From assembly GCA_030704615.1 (NCBI GenBank), contig CM060733.1, positions 50,344,001-50,408,000 of the forward strand: 64,000 bases of DNA. The letters are read 5' to 3'. Below are positions 22,201 to 34,439 of the stretch, piece after piece. The stretch is from Takakia lepidozioides (lineage: Eukaryota; Plantae; Bryophyta). The notes under the pieces were generated by a model that did no database searches, had not been told where the DNA came from, and was given only the letters and a program-made list of their open reading frames with translations. The position numbers and the translations under genes are program-made. Position 1 is the first letter of the stretch; every line of letters begins with the position of its first letter.

Positions 22201-22502
22201 TCGACGTTTAATTTAGCTCAAGAAGAGCACCATTGAAGACGGAATGAGGCTGAATTGTGGCATTATTGTGCCATTATACAACATACTCAAAACCAAAACT
22301 TGGCGGCCACTTGTAGCTATAATTGTGTCGTTATAGAGATCACTGAAATCCCCACATGGTAGTCTCCTGGATTAAACAAAGGTGTAATTGGCCCATTATA
22401 GAAACAGTAGTATTTGATCAGGGCACATCAACAGCAAATTTGTCATGAGTTGCATTGAATTGCATAGTTGTAAAAGACTAGGTATTATACATCTGAGCTA
22501 GC

Positions 22503-22526
22503 ATATATATATATATATATATATAT
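22503..22526. repeat. (AT)12 microsatellite
   Basis: Direct reading of the sequence. Confidence 0.9.
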
Positions 22527-22879
22527 TGGGTAGGATTTACACAGAAGTGGATTTTGGTCTGATATTATGGCAGAACTATCCGCCAACGGAGGCGAAGATG
22601 GTTGCGAGGGGCCTCCATTTGACAGGGCAAGATGAAGAACGACACCGTTATTGGATGAATTCCGGACAGATCACTCATCCAGCGAGCGGATATCTGTGCA
22701 ATTATTAGACAAGAAATGGTGGTTATACAACAAAGTTGGGGTCCACGTGGCCACCAATAAAGATTGGCAATGTAGTAGTAGTGGTTCTTTTCACACAATG
22801 CAGTGCATTGGTTGCGTGTGGCTCTGCAATTGACACTTGTACAAGTGTCCTGCCATGTTGGTAGTATGGATCCAAATGA

Positions 22880-24420
22880 CGCTTTTACATGATATGTTTG
22901 AGTCTAAGATTCGAATATACCGTAGATATGCTGTTGTAGGCTAGCTGGATCATCATATGATGGGGTTCGAACACCTGTTCTTTTGAGGCAAACATGTGCT
23001 GAATATGTGATGAATATGGAATTTGAAGCGGATCTGTAAAAAAAAACTTGAAACAGGCGTAAGCGGCGTTATGGGGATGATGTTTTTTGTCTTGGACGGC
23101 AACCATAGGTTGTTGCTCTGATGGACTCCATCAAGAAGAAGCACTCCGATGACAAAGACTGACACTACAATTTGGGATCGATGGTGCTGGATCCCAAGGT
23201 ACGATTACACAGCTCTTGACTGCGATGCCACGCCCTCATCTAATAAGTTGATGTGCTCACCCTAGTCCTTGTATAAATATACTTACAAGCTTTACAACAC
23301 TGTTGGGGTCTTTTTTATCTAGTGTTGTCTTCCATGCATAACCACAAACTTGGTACACACATTGTTACGCATGCGTGCCATGATGCATAAGATTGGGATG
23401 ATGCATTTGGAAACGTTCATGAACATCCTTAATCCAGAGACTTTGAATACATTTGGTACCAATTGATGAGGGGGCTTTCGACATGGGTAACATGTATACA
23501 ATATGTGCAACTTCATTCTTATGAGCCATTGTATGTTTGGGCACTCCTCCCCACTCTTCACAAACCATGTCTAAATTCTTTAATATTGGCGAATATTGTC
23601 ATATATATCTTCGATGTAACAAAAGATTGCAAAGTTCGGTGCACGTGAGCGTGGTAAAGCCGACTGTTACACGACTGTTCCAGAGCAAGAGCGAACTGCA
23701 ATAAAGGTGCAAGAAGCTATTACACGAGACATGGATGCCCATCGGAAACAGTTGAGGAGTGGGATCAAAAAACAGTTGTGAATTGTTGATCCGCTCTTGG
23801 ACCGGAGTTTCCAAAGCAGGTGAAGCTTCACTAGAACAAACATATCAAACCGGATATGAAGAAGCTCAACGCCTCTCGATTGCCATGGTATGGAACCGGC
23901 ACAAAGGTCAAATGGTTGGAAATTTGGTCTTCGAACACCATCGTGAAATACATCAACATGTTTCTGAGGGGTGAGAAGGATATAAACACTGGTGTGACAA
24001 AACCATTTAGTAATCAAGTATCTGATTCTTGGCTATATAAGGCGATTTTTTGGAGTTGTGTAATGAAATCCAGAGATCGGATTTGGTTTGCACATTCTTT
24101 GCAAGTTACAAATGTATAGCTAACGAGGTTTCGTGATTTTTGGCAGTTGAAGAAGATGGCTCTCGCAACATTGGAGAAGTTAATGATAGACTACAAAACT
24201 GTCATGTCCTCTCCAAACATTTCTTTTGAGGCTTACATATGCAGGTGGAAGGACATTGTTAGAAATGACGAGCTTTTATAGGGAGTTCGACAAAGAAGGT
24301 GGAATTCTTCAATCCAATGACTTCAACAACCAGGACAATGGTGAGGCTGCAATGAAGCGAGTCTTGTGTAGGTACATTTATCCACATGCCATTAACTTTA
24401 GTTGCAATATGAATTGGTAT
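22880..24420 (+). pseudogene. Highly decayed paralog of the ParB-domain gene
   Basis: MMFFVLDGNHRLL (23077-23115); MMHKIGMMHLETFMNILNPE..WYQL; IVDP.LGPEF; KWLEIWSS..VSDSWL; GGRTLLE..FYRE..GEAAMKRV; same order as the matching exons of 7886-13001. Confidence 0.75.
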
Positions 24421-24707
24421 GCAGGGAGTGGTAGTAGAAGCCTTATAGAACCTCAAATTATATTTGCTATAAAGATGACCGATGGATTATGCTTGCGTTC
24501 ACGCAAACGTAATTCCCCGTTTTTGGCAAAGTAAACATGTTTCTAACCTCAGGGGCTCTATGCTGTAGAAGGTCCGATGGATTATGTTTGTGTCACCGTA
24601 AGCATAATTTCTCTAGACTTTGCAGCCTTCCTATGTGTCGCTGCTGATGAGAGGCAGATTTTGTAAGATAGTTGCCGATTACAGTGGACCAAAAATGTTG
24701 TCACGAC

Positions 24708-24990
24708 CAGTGTTGGGCGGATATAGAGTCACCAGGATATCGATAGCAGGATATCAACCTAGACAATGTATCCGGACCCGGAACCGGCATTTTTTAGTAT
24801 CTGGGTTAGATGCATAACCGGCGGATATGTAAATACGCAAAAAAAATCCTATAACCGGTGTAATTCATGGCGGATATCTGGCCAATACTCGTCAATATCT
24901 GGCGGATCTCTGCCCTAATCTTAATAAATGGATGCATACCCGGAGCCGCTGTTTATCAGGTTGGTAATACCCGGAACTGGCGGATATCTA
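24708..24990 (+). mobile_element. Possible left end of a hAT-like TIR element
   Basis: Starts CAGTGTTGG; GCGGATAT repeated five times subterminally; no partner end found. Confidence 0.35.
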
Positions 24991-26269
24991 TGTCATGGTT
25001 TTATTTGTGACTAGTTAGAAATAATTATTTCTAACTAATTAGGACATTATACATGTATATTTGTATTTTGTTGGCATTGGGACTTCATTTGGTTCCATGT
25101 GCCAAGTGAGGTGGCGAACCTCACTTGGGACGTGGGGAGGTTATCTCCACGTGAGACGTAGGCAGGCTCGTCTTCTTCTAGTCGAGCCTCCCGAGGCCTC
25201 TCTCGCCGCCATAGCTTTAGTTCTTGAGATGGAGAGTGGGTGAGGTCTGTATGGTGGAGTCATTTAGCAAAGGTGCCATTGACTTGACTTATATAACGTG
25301 ATAGAGTGGTTTCTCCTCTTTTCACCATTCCCGTATCACTAAAAGAAGACCTGCTTACATCTATGAGTGCAAGGTGTTAGCATAGTTAGCACTTGTGTGT
25401 GAGAGAGAGCTTGATAGATAGTTCTTTAAGTTACAAGGTGTTGCAGGGTTTGCAAGAAAAAAACCTTGTGGTGTTTATGTACAAGAGGAGGTCTTCAAGG
25501 AGAGCCCCATTGAAAAGTTTGAGAGCTTGTGAAGAAGCTCTTGTTCTGCAAGTGTTGCAGGGTTTGAGGAGTTCAAGAAGAGCTTGGGTGTTAAAGGAGC
25601 AAGCGGTGCATGTGTGGAGCATGGTTTCAGCTTGTGGGAGTCTTCAACTTCAAGCTTAGGAGAGCTATGAGTGGAGGTAGACATCTGATTTCTCTTTGGG
25701 GCATAATAGTGTATTTGTAGAGCATGCTTTGAGTTGAGGTTTCAATCCCAAGCTTGGGAAGAGCATGTCTATGGAAATGGCAAGTGCAGGGCTGGATTAT
25801 GAGCTCTAAGAGGTGCACTATGGCCATGGAAGGAAGCACTATGAGTGCATGCGATGGCTAGAGAGGGTATGCCAAGCTCAATAGCTTGTTCTATGCTTGT
25901 TTCAATAAGTTCTATAGAGAAAGAGAGCTTGTTGTGTGGCAAATAGCTTGCTCAGGGAGTTAGAGGCACTTTTGGTGGTCTATTGATGCTCAAGAAACCA
26001 AGAACAATACCTCTGGTTGCTCCATAGAAGCCATCGCTCGTTGCAGCAATCGCAGAGGCAAAGCGGCGCAAACCCTAGCTTGGGAACGCTTGGGAACACG
26101 TGTGAACTCATTGGGAACTCGAGGGAACTCTTGGGAACTCCTTGGGAACTCCTGGGAACGCGTAGGAACATTGCCCCAGAGTTGGGAGCACCACCATTGT
26201 CCCATTGGATGAACTATTGAGCCAGTGGATGACAATCGGCGCTCCTGGATGAGAATCGGTTGCAGTGGA

Positions 26270-26620
26270 TGAAACTGCGCCAGCGGATGAAATCGTGGCA
26301 GCAGATGAACTATCGTGCTATCAGATGAAAAATCACGGCGACGGATGAAACTGCGTCAGCAGATGAAATCGTGGCAGCGGATGAACTATCGTGCCATCGG
26401 ATGAAAAATTGCGGCGATGGATGAAACTGAGTCAGCGGATGAAATCGTGGCACCGGATGAACTATCGTGCCATTGGATGAAAAATCGCGGCGACGGATGA
26501 AACTGCGCGAGCAGATGAAATCGCGCCAGTGGATGAAATATCGCACCGACGGATGAAATATCAGACCTGCGGATGAGAAATCACGGTTTTGGATGAAATG
26601 TGGTCAGTGACGGATGAAAA
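26270..26620 (+). repeat. Tandem array of ~17-20 bp units with a GGATGAA/AGATGAA core
   Basis: Recurring gcggatgaaatcgtggca and gcagatgaactatcgtgc units. Confidence 0.9.
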
Positions 26621-26663
26621 ATCGATTGACTATGGTTATTTTGGAGCCTTCAGGAGGCTTGTT

Positions 26664-27245
26664 TGAGGACTATTTGGGGTCTATTGAGGCCAATATCTTG
26701 CAGGTATTGGGGTTGCTTTGAGGACTATTTGGGGTCTATTGAGGCCAATATCTAGCAGGTATTGGGCCTGCTTGAGGACTATTTGGGGTCTATTGAGGCC
26801 AATATCTTGCAGGTATTGGGCCTGCCTTGAGGACTATTTGGGGTCTATTGAGGCCAATATCTTGCAGGCTTGTGGAGCCTGCTTGGGGCTGTTTGAAGGA
26901 CTATTTGGGGTCCTTTGAGGCCAATGTTTTGCAGGCCTGTGGAGCCTTGTGAAGGTGGTCGGAGGACGATTGGAGGTCCTTGGAGGCCTATATTGGGCAG
27001 ACTTATGGAACTTTCTAAGAACTCTTTGGGGGACTATTGGAGGTCCTTGGAGGCCAATACTTGGCAGATTTGAGGAGCTTCTTAAGGGCTGTTGGAGGAC
27101 TGTTGGAGGTCCTTGGAGGCCAATATTTGGCAGATTTGTGGAGCTTTTTAAGGGCTGTTTGGAGGACTATTGGAGGTCCTTGGAGGCCATATTGGGCAGG
27201 CTTGTGGAGCCATTGTAAGGGCTGGTTGGAGACCTTGGAGGCCAC
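26664..27245 (+). repeat. Tandem repeats: ~55-bp units (26664-26935) followed by related ~66-bp units
   Basis: tgaggactatttggggtctattgaggccaatatc at 26664, 26719, 26773 and 26828; ggact(a/g)ttggaggtccttggaggcc at ~27031, 27097 and 27164. Confidence 0.9.
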
Positions 27246-27966
27246 TAATTGGTGGGCGCCTAGGCCTTTGGGTGGACTGTTTAGAGTCCAAATTTGCGAA
27301 CTTCTTGAACCTCAGTGGGTCTATGTGAGGGGCTGATTGAGGGCAGATTTCAGAAGTTCATGGCAATAATTTGAGGACTCTTGAGAGTTATTTGAGAGGT
27401 TCTTTAAGGATAGCCTTGTTTATTGTTCAAGCAAGAGTGAGTGTGAAGATAGGGGGAGTAATGGGATGAGAGCATTCTGGGCTTAGAGATTGCTTTAGCT
27501 TCTCTTCTCTATAGTCTTCCATCATTCTTGTAGGCCAAAGCTTTTCCGTAAGCGGAGGCAGAGCTAGTTTGGATGGAGACTTGGCCATCTTGCAGGTTTA
27601 TTAAAGCCGCAAGGAGATCGATTGATTTAAGCTGTGGGAGGTGTTGTTGTTTGAGTTTCCTGTGTTTGGATCCTCCTCCCACACATGCATGTTTGACTGT
27701 GCGCCATGCTAGTTTGGTTTGGGCGCTTGCTTTTATAGGTGGTTGTGCCGGAAATATTGTGGCCGGCCAATCCTAGAGCGTGCGGTCGGTGGTGAGGCTG
27801 GGGTGATGACCAGCAGACCATCATTGTTTCTCTTATGGTGAGGCTGGGTGTATGAGCAGCAGACCATAGGAGTGCCTGCGGTGGATGCAGGTGCAGGTGC
27901 TGGTTCAGAATAGGAACCTAGTACTCCAAACCATAAGCCCCAACAGGTTCTCTACCCGGTTATCTT

Positions 27967-29330
27967 GTGGAAAGGGGGCTTAGAGACAAATTGATAGCCG
28001 GTTTGAGTGTGAGTTTTCATCACGGAGCTGCCACAGTTGCTGAGGAGAGTGCCGGTACGAGCACCAACGATACTAGTGGGTATACAAGACGAGGTGTGTG
28101 TTTTAGGCCACCTTCACCTTCAATGTCTTCTGAGGAAGGTTCAGACTCAGAGTTAGGAGGATTCTCGCCGAGGGTGCAAGCCATTTCCGTGCCATTGTTG
28201 TGGGATACGATGGAGGAAATGTATGGAGCTACCAAGGGGCCACGTCGGTACTCGGGAGCTGTGGGCACCATCGAGCTTGATGATTTCATAGAAGAGTTTG
28301 ATAGTTGGTGTGATTTGCAGCAGATGCGCAATCCACAACTGTTCACGCCTTTTATGGCGTGGAAGGGGCTGTTTCAGCACTTTGAGGGGCCGCCTATGGA
28401 TGACTACCATGAGTTTAGGTGGGGAAATGAGGTGGAGATTGAGGAGTGACAACAATATTGGTCACCTGACTATATCTCCATCACTAGAGGCACAAGGGCA
28501 GCGACGACACCAGCAGCTACACCATCATCCCCAACTGCAAGCACTAATAGTGGAACAAGTAAAGATGGAGCTGGGAAATCCACTCAAGCTCCTGCTGCAA
28601 CACCAGCACCCGTGCCTGCCTTTAACCCAGTTGTGGAGTTCTTCGAGGAGTTAAGGAGAAACTACCAAGGAATAAGGACAGAGAAGTTGCGGAGCTTGCA
28701 AGAGTTCCAGCGGAGGCCTACTGAGAGTTTGAGGGAGGCTTACACGCGCATGAGGCGATTGATAAATGTGACCCAAGGGGTTACGGAAGCTCAAGCAGTC
28801 CAATTCTGGTATGGGATATTGGACAAAGAGCTGAGGAGAAGGATGCGGGATGCAACTCTCCTACAAGTGGACCAACCCACCTTAGCAAACGTGTTTTTGC
28901 TAGCAGAGTGGATAGAGCTCAATATGGTGGAGGAGCGAGTGGTCATGGTGGGATTTGGTAAGGAGACACAACGAAGTGGGACTCCTAGCCAACAACAACC
29001 ACTACCCCAACGTGCTCAAGGCAACAAGGGGGCTTAGGCGAAGCCCAGGGAAGGACAGAGAGGATCTCAATTGCAGAGGTCATTTCCTTCATTCTCAGGC
29101 CAACAACAGTTGGGTGTGACATGTTGGGATTGTGGAGGACCCCATGTTAAGAGAGATTGCCCGGAGAGAGGCAAAGAGTCGGCACAGGCACAGCCTACAC
29201 AACTACAATGTGGGCATTGTGGCAAGTATGGGCATGAGGAGGCCCATTGTTATGACTTACATCCTGAGCTACGGCCAGGCCAGTTCTAAGGGAACAATAG
29301 TGGCCGAGGACGAGGCAATGTAGTCCAGAG
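27967..29330 (+). pseudogene. Gypsy C gag (stops and frameshifts)
   Basis: ELDDFIEEFDSWC; FQRRPTESLREAYTRM; zinc knuckles CWDCGGPHVKRDC and CGHCGKYGHEEAHC. Confidence 0.8.
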
Positions 29331-29784
29331 AGGTAGATGAGGCAGAGGTCGCGGTGGAGGTCGTAACCAAAACCAAGGAGCACAAGGTCAAGGTCAAGGT
29401 CATGACCAATGCATCGTGGATAGGCTTGCCCAGCTAGTGCAACGTCTTGCTACCATGGCCACTACTCATGTTGCGCCAGCTCCAAGGCCTGAGGTTCAAG
29501 CCCCACCTGCACAACCTCCTATGCCTAGGGAATACCGGATTGGTATGGGCTTCATGTGTGGAGCCGCACTTGCAGGACCATTGCATGTGGACTCTGCAGC
29601 TGCTATCACTCGAGCAGCGACGCATGCTCCTGAGCCAAGATGAGCATATGTGGATTTGGATCCACAAAGAGGGGAAGCAAGTCGACAGACAAGGCTTCCA
29701 CAGTTTTTCACATTGGTTGAGATAGTGCCAACTACGCCATCGATGGTACCCGCTCGCACAAGTGTGCCAGAGGTAGAGCCATGA

Positions 29785-30667
29785 GTGCCAGTGGGGAGAG
29801 TTGGTGTGGCTCGGGAAATGCCAGTGGGTGGTGCTGCAAGGCAAGATGCAGCCAGTACATTGTTGGGGGCGGCTACGGTGGTTTGCCAAGCTCCATTGTT
29901 TTCTGCAATGACAATTGCAATGCCGGGGATTCGGCCAGCTGCTGTGTTCAGACTAGCAGCTAGACTTTGTGAGAGTGGTGATGCATCGGCACTATCTGTG
30001 GGGATACCGGATAATGTGCAGTGCATGGATGCCCTGGACTCAAGGGTGAAGACAGCCACAGCTGCACCATGGCAAGCGGCAGCTGCAAGGTTGCAGGAGT
30101 TGCCAGCTAGACCAGCCATTGAGCGCAGTATGGTGACTCCTGGGGTAGTCTTGGTGGACAATCAGGATGGTGTGTTTCAGTTAGGTGGCCCAGCCGGGAG
30201 GAGGTATAGGCCACTACGGGTCTTGTTGGGCTCGGGAGCACAGCCATTGATGTTGGGGAGAGCAACAATTGCAGGCTTGGGCCTTACAGAGGCGGATTTG
30301 GAGCCTTGCCCTTTCCAAATTCAAACATCTTTGGGTGGTTCAGAGAAGGCACGAGGGATAACACACCATGAGCTCTTCATTTGATTGCAGTCGGATCATC
30401 CTACAGACGGCTCAATCATGAGAGCTAAAGCCATTGTTACGGACGCCATTGTCTTATGATGTGCTTGTTGGTGGGGCGGTGTTATACCCCATGGGATTCA
30501 CTCTGGACTTTTGGGAGGAAACGACATCCTACAGGCCGGAATGGCAGTCAGGAGATGGTCGACGAGCACTGCTCCCAGTGTGGTTTATTGGGAATGTAGC
30601 GGTGGATCATAGGAACATGATGCCTACATTGGCTGCATTCTCAGGGGTGGTGGCTTGGGGGTGGTGA
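29785..30667 (+). pseudogene. Gypsy C aspartic protease region
   Basis: RVLLGSGAQPLMLG (decayed DSGA) and YDVLVGGAVL. Confidence 0.65.
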
Positions 30668-30929
30668 GCTCTTGGAGGGCAATAGCCATGCAGATGATAG
30701 GGCATCACCTGATGAGGACAAACAATTGGCATACAAGGCTGATTTGCTTCCTCATGTGCCTGTGCATATTCCACTGTGGGGTACGGTTGGGAATTTGCAT
30801 CGAGTAGCAGGCGAGTATGTGCACCAAGCATGGTAGGAAGCCTTTCCATTGATGAGTGAGGGGAGTTCAGTGACAGCACCTGGACCTCCTGAGTTAGCTC
30901 CTTTGGACACGGTGCCCATTACCTGGCAA

Positions 30930-31860
30930 CCACCTGACTCAGGGATTTGTTTGCTATACCTGTTTGGAGGCATGAGCACTGGGCTTGCAAGAGTGTTGCA
31001 AGTAGGAGTAAAGTACGCAAGTACTTGTATGTGGAGAAGGATGAGATAACTCGGCGTATTTCTATGCGCCACATCGCCTTGCTCACACACCGGTATCCTG
31101 AGTTGTTGCCTCTCTCAGCAATTCAAGGGTATCAAAAGACCCGGTATGGTTCCATTGACTTGGTGATAGCTGGATGGCCTTGCCAAGGACACTCTCCCGT
31201 AGGTCATGGGAATGGCTTGCATGATGCACGATCGTATTTGTTTTGGGAGATGTTGCGAGTGTTGCGGGACTTGCAGACGAGACAAGTGCAACCTCTAGGC
31301 TATATCTTGGAGAATGTTCCTCTTATGGGGGATTCTCGGGCCAGGGTAATGGCCAGTGTGCATCGGGTGCGGTCTTGGATTGAATTGGCGGTGTTATTGG
31401 ATGTAGCAGCGGTGAGATCACGCGCACATCGACCTCGATTGTGGTGGACCAATCTTGCACTACCAGAGCTGCTCAAGAGAGCATACGATTCCATTCAACG
31501 GCCACCCAATCTCACGGTTGAAGGCATTTTGGACCAAGGGAAGCAACCACAGAGAGTGCGACATGATGATCGTCCACCTCTAGCAGTGGTCAATCGAGTG
31601 GGGCAGCCACGTGCGGCCTTGCCTACACTCATGACTTTCCCTCGTCTCATGCTTTCCGAGACAATGGTCCTGGGTTGATTTGGGACAGTGTGCTACAACA
31701 ATTGGTGGAGCCCAATGCGGATGAGCGAGAGCGGGCAATGGGATTTGTCACCGGCACTACAGATGTGCCAGCTCTGTCAGAGGCATCACGCCGCCAAGTG
31801 TTGGGTCAGGCAATGGATCTAAATTGTTTGATATGGGTGATTAGTTTGTGCATGGCTGAG
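30930..31860 (+). pseudogene. C5 cytosine DNA methyltransferase domain within pol (two frameshifts)
   Basis: Motif I LYLFGG; II YVEKD; IV DLVIAGWPCQG; VI YILENV; VIII HRPRLWWTNL; IX ERERAMGF; X LGQAMD. Confidence 0.9.
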
Positions 31861-32359
31861 CAATGGAGATTGCAAGCATTGATGGCTACTTCTGCACTCT
31901 CATTAGATAGTGCATCCTCCCTGCCAACCGGGACGGTTGAGGCAGTGAGTGGGGGCAAGCATAGGATCGTGGTTTGCAAACACCCATGGCAGATGTGGGA
32001 TGAGATACGCAAAGAGAGAGTCATTGGATCTCTCAAGCAGCAGTATGAGGAGTGGGGAGAGCCATGGACTGAGGATCAGTTGGAGGCCAAGGTGGCCAAG
32101 ATTTTTGAAGTGGTTGAGAATGTTTCTTGCTCAGATGATGTTCTCAAGGTGGCTATGGCGGAGCAAGTGGAGGCTACGCCACAGTCAGATTGGGCGGACA
32201 AGGCCCAAGAGGTTGCTATCTAGCAACCAAAGGATTCGTCTCTTACCTCCAAGCCTGGTGTACCCAAGGTTGCAGTCACTGAGGACAATTGGGAACCGGA
32301 TGTTGGACCTACAGTCACCGGAGGAGAGAGACGGAGGATCCAGCAATTTCTAAAGGCTT

Positions 32360-33662
32360 ATAGGAATTGCTTTGCCTTCGGATTGGGGGAGTTTGAAGGG
32401 TCAGGAGATTCATATTGATTTGGCAAGTGACACGCCAATCTTTTGAAGCCCCTACCGGTATAGTGACATGGAGAGGTCATTGATCCAGTCACGGACTATG
32501 GAGTTGTTCGAAGCTGGATTGGTGGAGTTGTCAGGCAGGGAGTATGCCTCGGCAACGGTGATGCCAGCTAAGAAGGATATCTATGGCAATTGGACAGAAA
32601 GATATTGTGTGGGACTATCGTCCTGTGAATCGTCAGACTACGTTCGATAGATATGCCATGCCAACTCCAGAGGAGATCTTTGATGCCATTGGGCATGCAA
32701 AGGTGTTTAGCACATTGGACTTGCGATCCGGTTACCACCAGTTGCCAATCAAAGAGGCTGACAAGCAAAAGACGGCATTTTGGGGGATTGACCAACATGG
32801 GAAAGATTGTTTGTACCAATGGCGGTTCTTACCGTTTGGGTTGAAGAATGCTCCTGCAGAGTTTCAGATGGTCATGGATAGGATTCTCGCGGGGCTAGAC
32901 TTCGCCCGGTGCTATATTGATGACATCATCGTCTTTAGTGCTACGGTTGAGGAGCATGAGAGACACCTTCAGGTGGTGTTTGAGCGCTTGAGAGCGTACG
33001 GGTTGAAACTGCACCCCGGAAAGTGCAAGTTCTTCCACAATCAGATTGAGTATCTGGGCCACATGATATACCCTGGAGGATTGGGTGTTCAACAAACAAA
33101 GGTGGAGGCCATTGCATGCATTCCACGCCCCATGGATGTGAGCAGAGTTCGTGCTTTCATGGGATTGACAAACTACTATCGACGGTTTGTCAAGGGATTT
33201 AGCAGCATTGCAAAGGCTCTTACCAAGTTGACCAAGGTGGGTCATGAGTGGCAGTGGGAGGAGGAGCAAGAAAAAGCCTTTGAGGAACTCAAGGCTCGAT
33301 TGACTTCTGCACCTATTCTGAGGCGGTCTATTCGGGGGCGGCCTTTCCAGCTACATACGGATTGGAGTATGCTGGGGATTGGAGCAGTGCTCACACAGAT
33401 AGATGATGAGGGAAGAGAGTTCGTAGTGGCATATGCTAGCTGCTCGAACAATGATGCCGAGGCGAAGTATAGTTCATATGAAGGGAGTGTCTAGCTACGT
33501 ATGGGCAGTGGCACATTTCAGATGCTACCTCTATGACAATCTCTTCACCCTTGTCACAGATCACCAGCCATTGAAGTGGTTGATGGAGTCAGACAAACTT
33601 ACAGGGAAGCTTGCATGGTTGGCACTTATGCTTCAAGAGTACGACTTCCAGGTGGTGCATCG
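32360..33662 (+). pseudogene. Gypsy C RT and RNase H (frameshifted)
   Basis: [33 protein letters not shown]. Confidence 0.9.
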
Positions 33663-34386
33663 TGTCGCGGCCCTTTGCCTTGAGGGCAGGGGGTCGGGAC
33701 ACATGAGGGGCTGCCCCTGTGGTGGGGGCAGCGGCAGCGATAGGTATGGGGGGCTGAAGCACCCTTGAGTGCCCAAGGCACTCAAGGAGGCGGAGGCGCT
33801 CACTAGGTGGAGCCCCACACACCGGGTTGCGGTGGGGGTGGCTCCACAAGGGGTGGTGGTAGCTTAGCGGGACTTAGTGGGGGTGGCATAGGACTCACCA
33901 TGGGGGCGGAGACCTCGTGGTGGGAGTCGTGGGGAGTCTTGGGACTCATCACGGTCCATAGGGGCCGTGGTGAGCGGGCCAAGACTCACTGCGACTCATC
34001 ACCGGGAGTCGAGGGTTTTCGTGGTGGTTCGCCATAAAATGGCATGGCTGGTTGTGAACCCCCGCGGACAGCTACAGAAGTATATATAGGGATTAGTAAC
34101 CCCGAGAACGGTGCAAGCCCGTTGGTGACCAAAAACTAGTGAGTAAGCGAGCGAGCCGGAAAGCGACCAAAGAGTGGGGAGCTGTTCCGGACTGCCATCT
34201 ACCAAAGGGAATTCCACTAGTCCCAAATAGGTGGAGGGTTTAGTGGGGAGCAAAGGGGGACCGTTATGTCCCGGTGAGCAGCCGAAGCTCCAAGTTGGCC
34301 CGGCGGCCAGGTTGGGAGTCAGGCGCGCGCATCAAAGCGAGTAACTATGACGTGAAGGGGAGCTTACCGAAAGGAGTTGCGCGACA
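33663..34386 (+). repeat. 5' LTR of Gypsy D
   Basis: Near-identical to 40951-41674. Confidence 0.93.
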
Positions 34387-34388
34387 CT

Positions 34389-34400
34389 TGGTATCAGAGC
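34389..34400 (+). promoter_or_regulatory. Primer-binding site (initiator tRNA-Met)
   Basis: TGGTATCAGAGC, 2 nt after the LTR. Confidence 0.92.
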
Positions 34401-34439
34401 TTAGAGTTCAGTACGCGATCGTCCTTGGGATTGGCCTCA

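Larger units (their letters stand above)
25069..33662 (+). mobile_element. Gypsy C retrotransposon carrying a cytosine-5 methyltransferase; 3' part lost at the chromovirus LTR
   Basis: Putative LTR TGTTGG(25069)...CCAACA(27945); gag, PR, DNMT, RT and RH in order; cut after FQVVHR. Confidence 0.8.
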
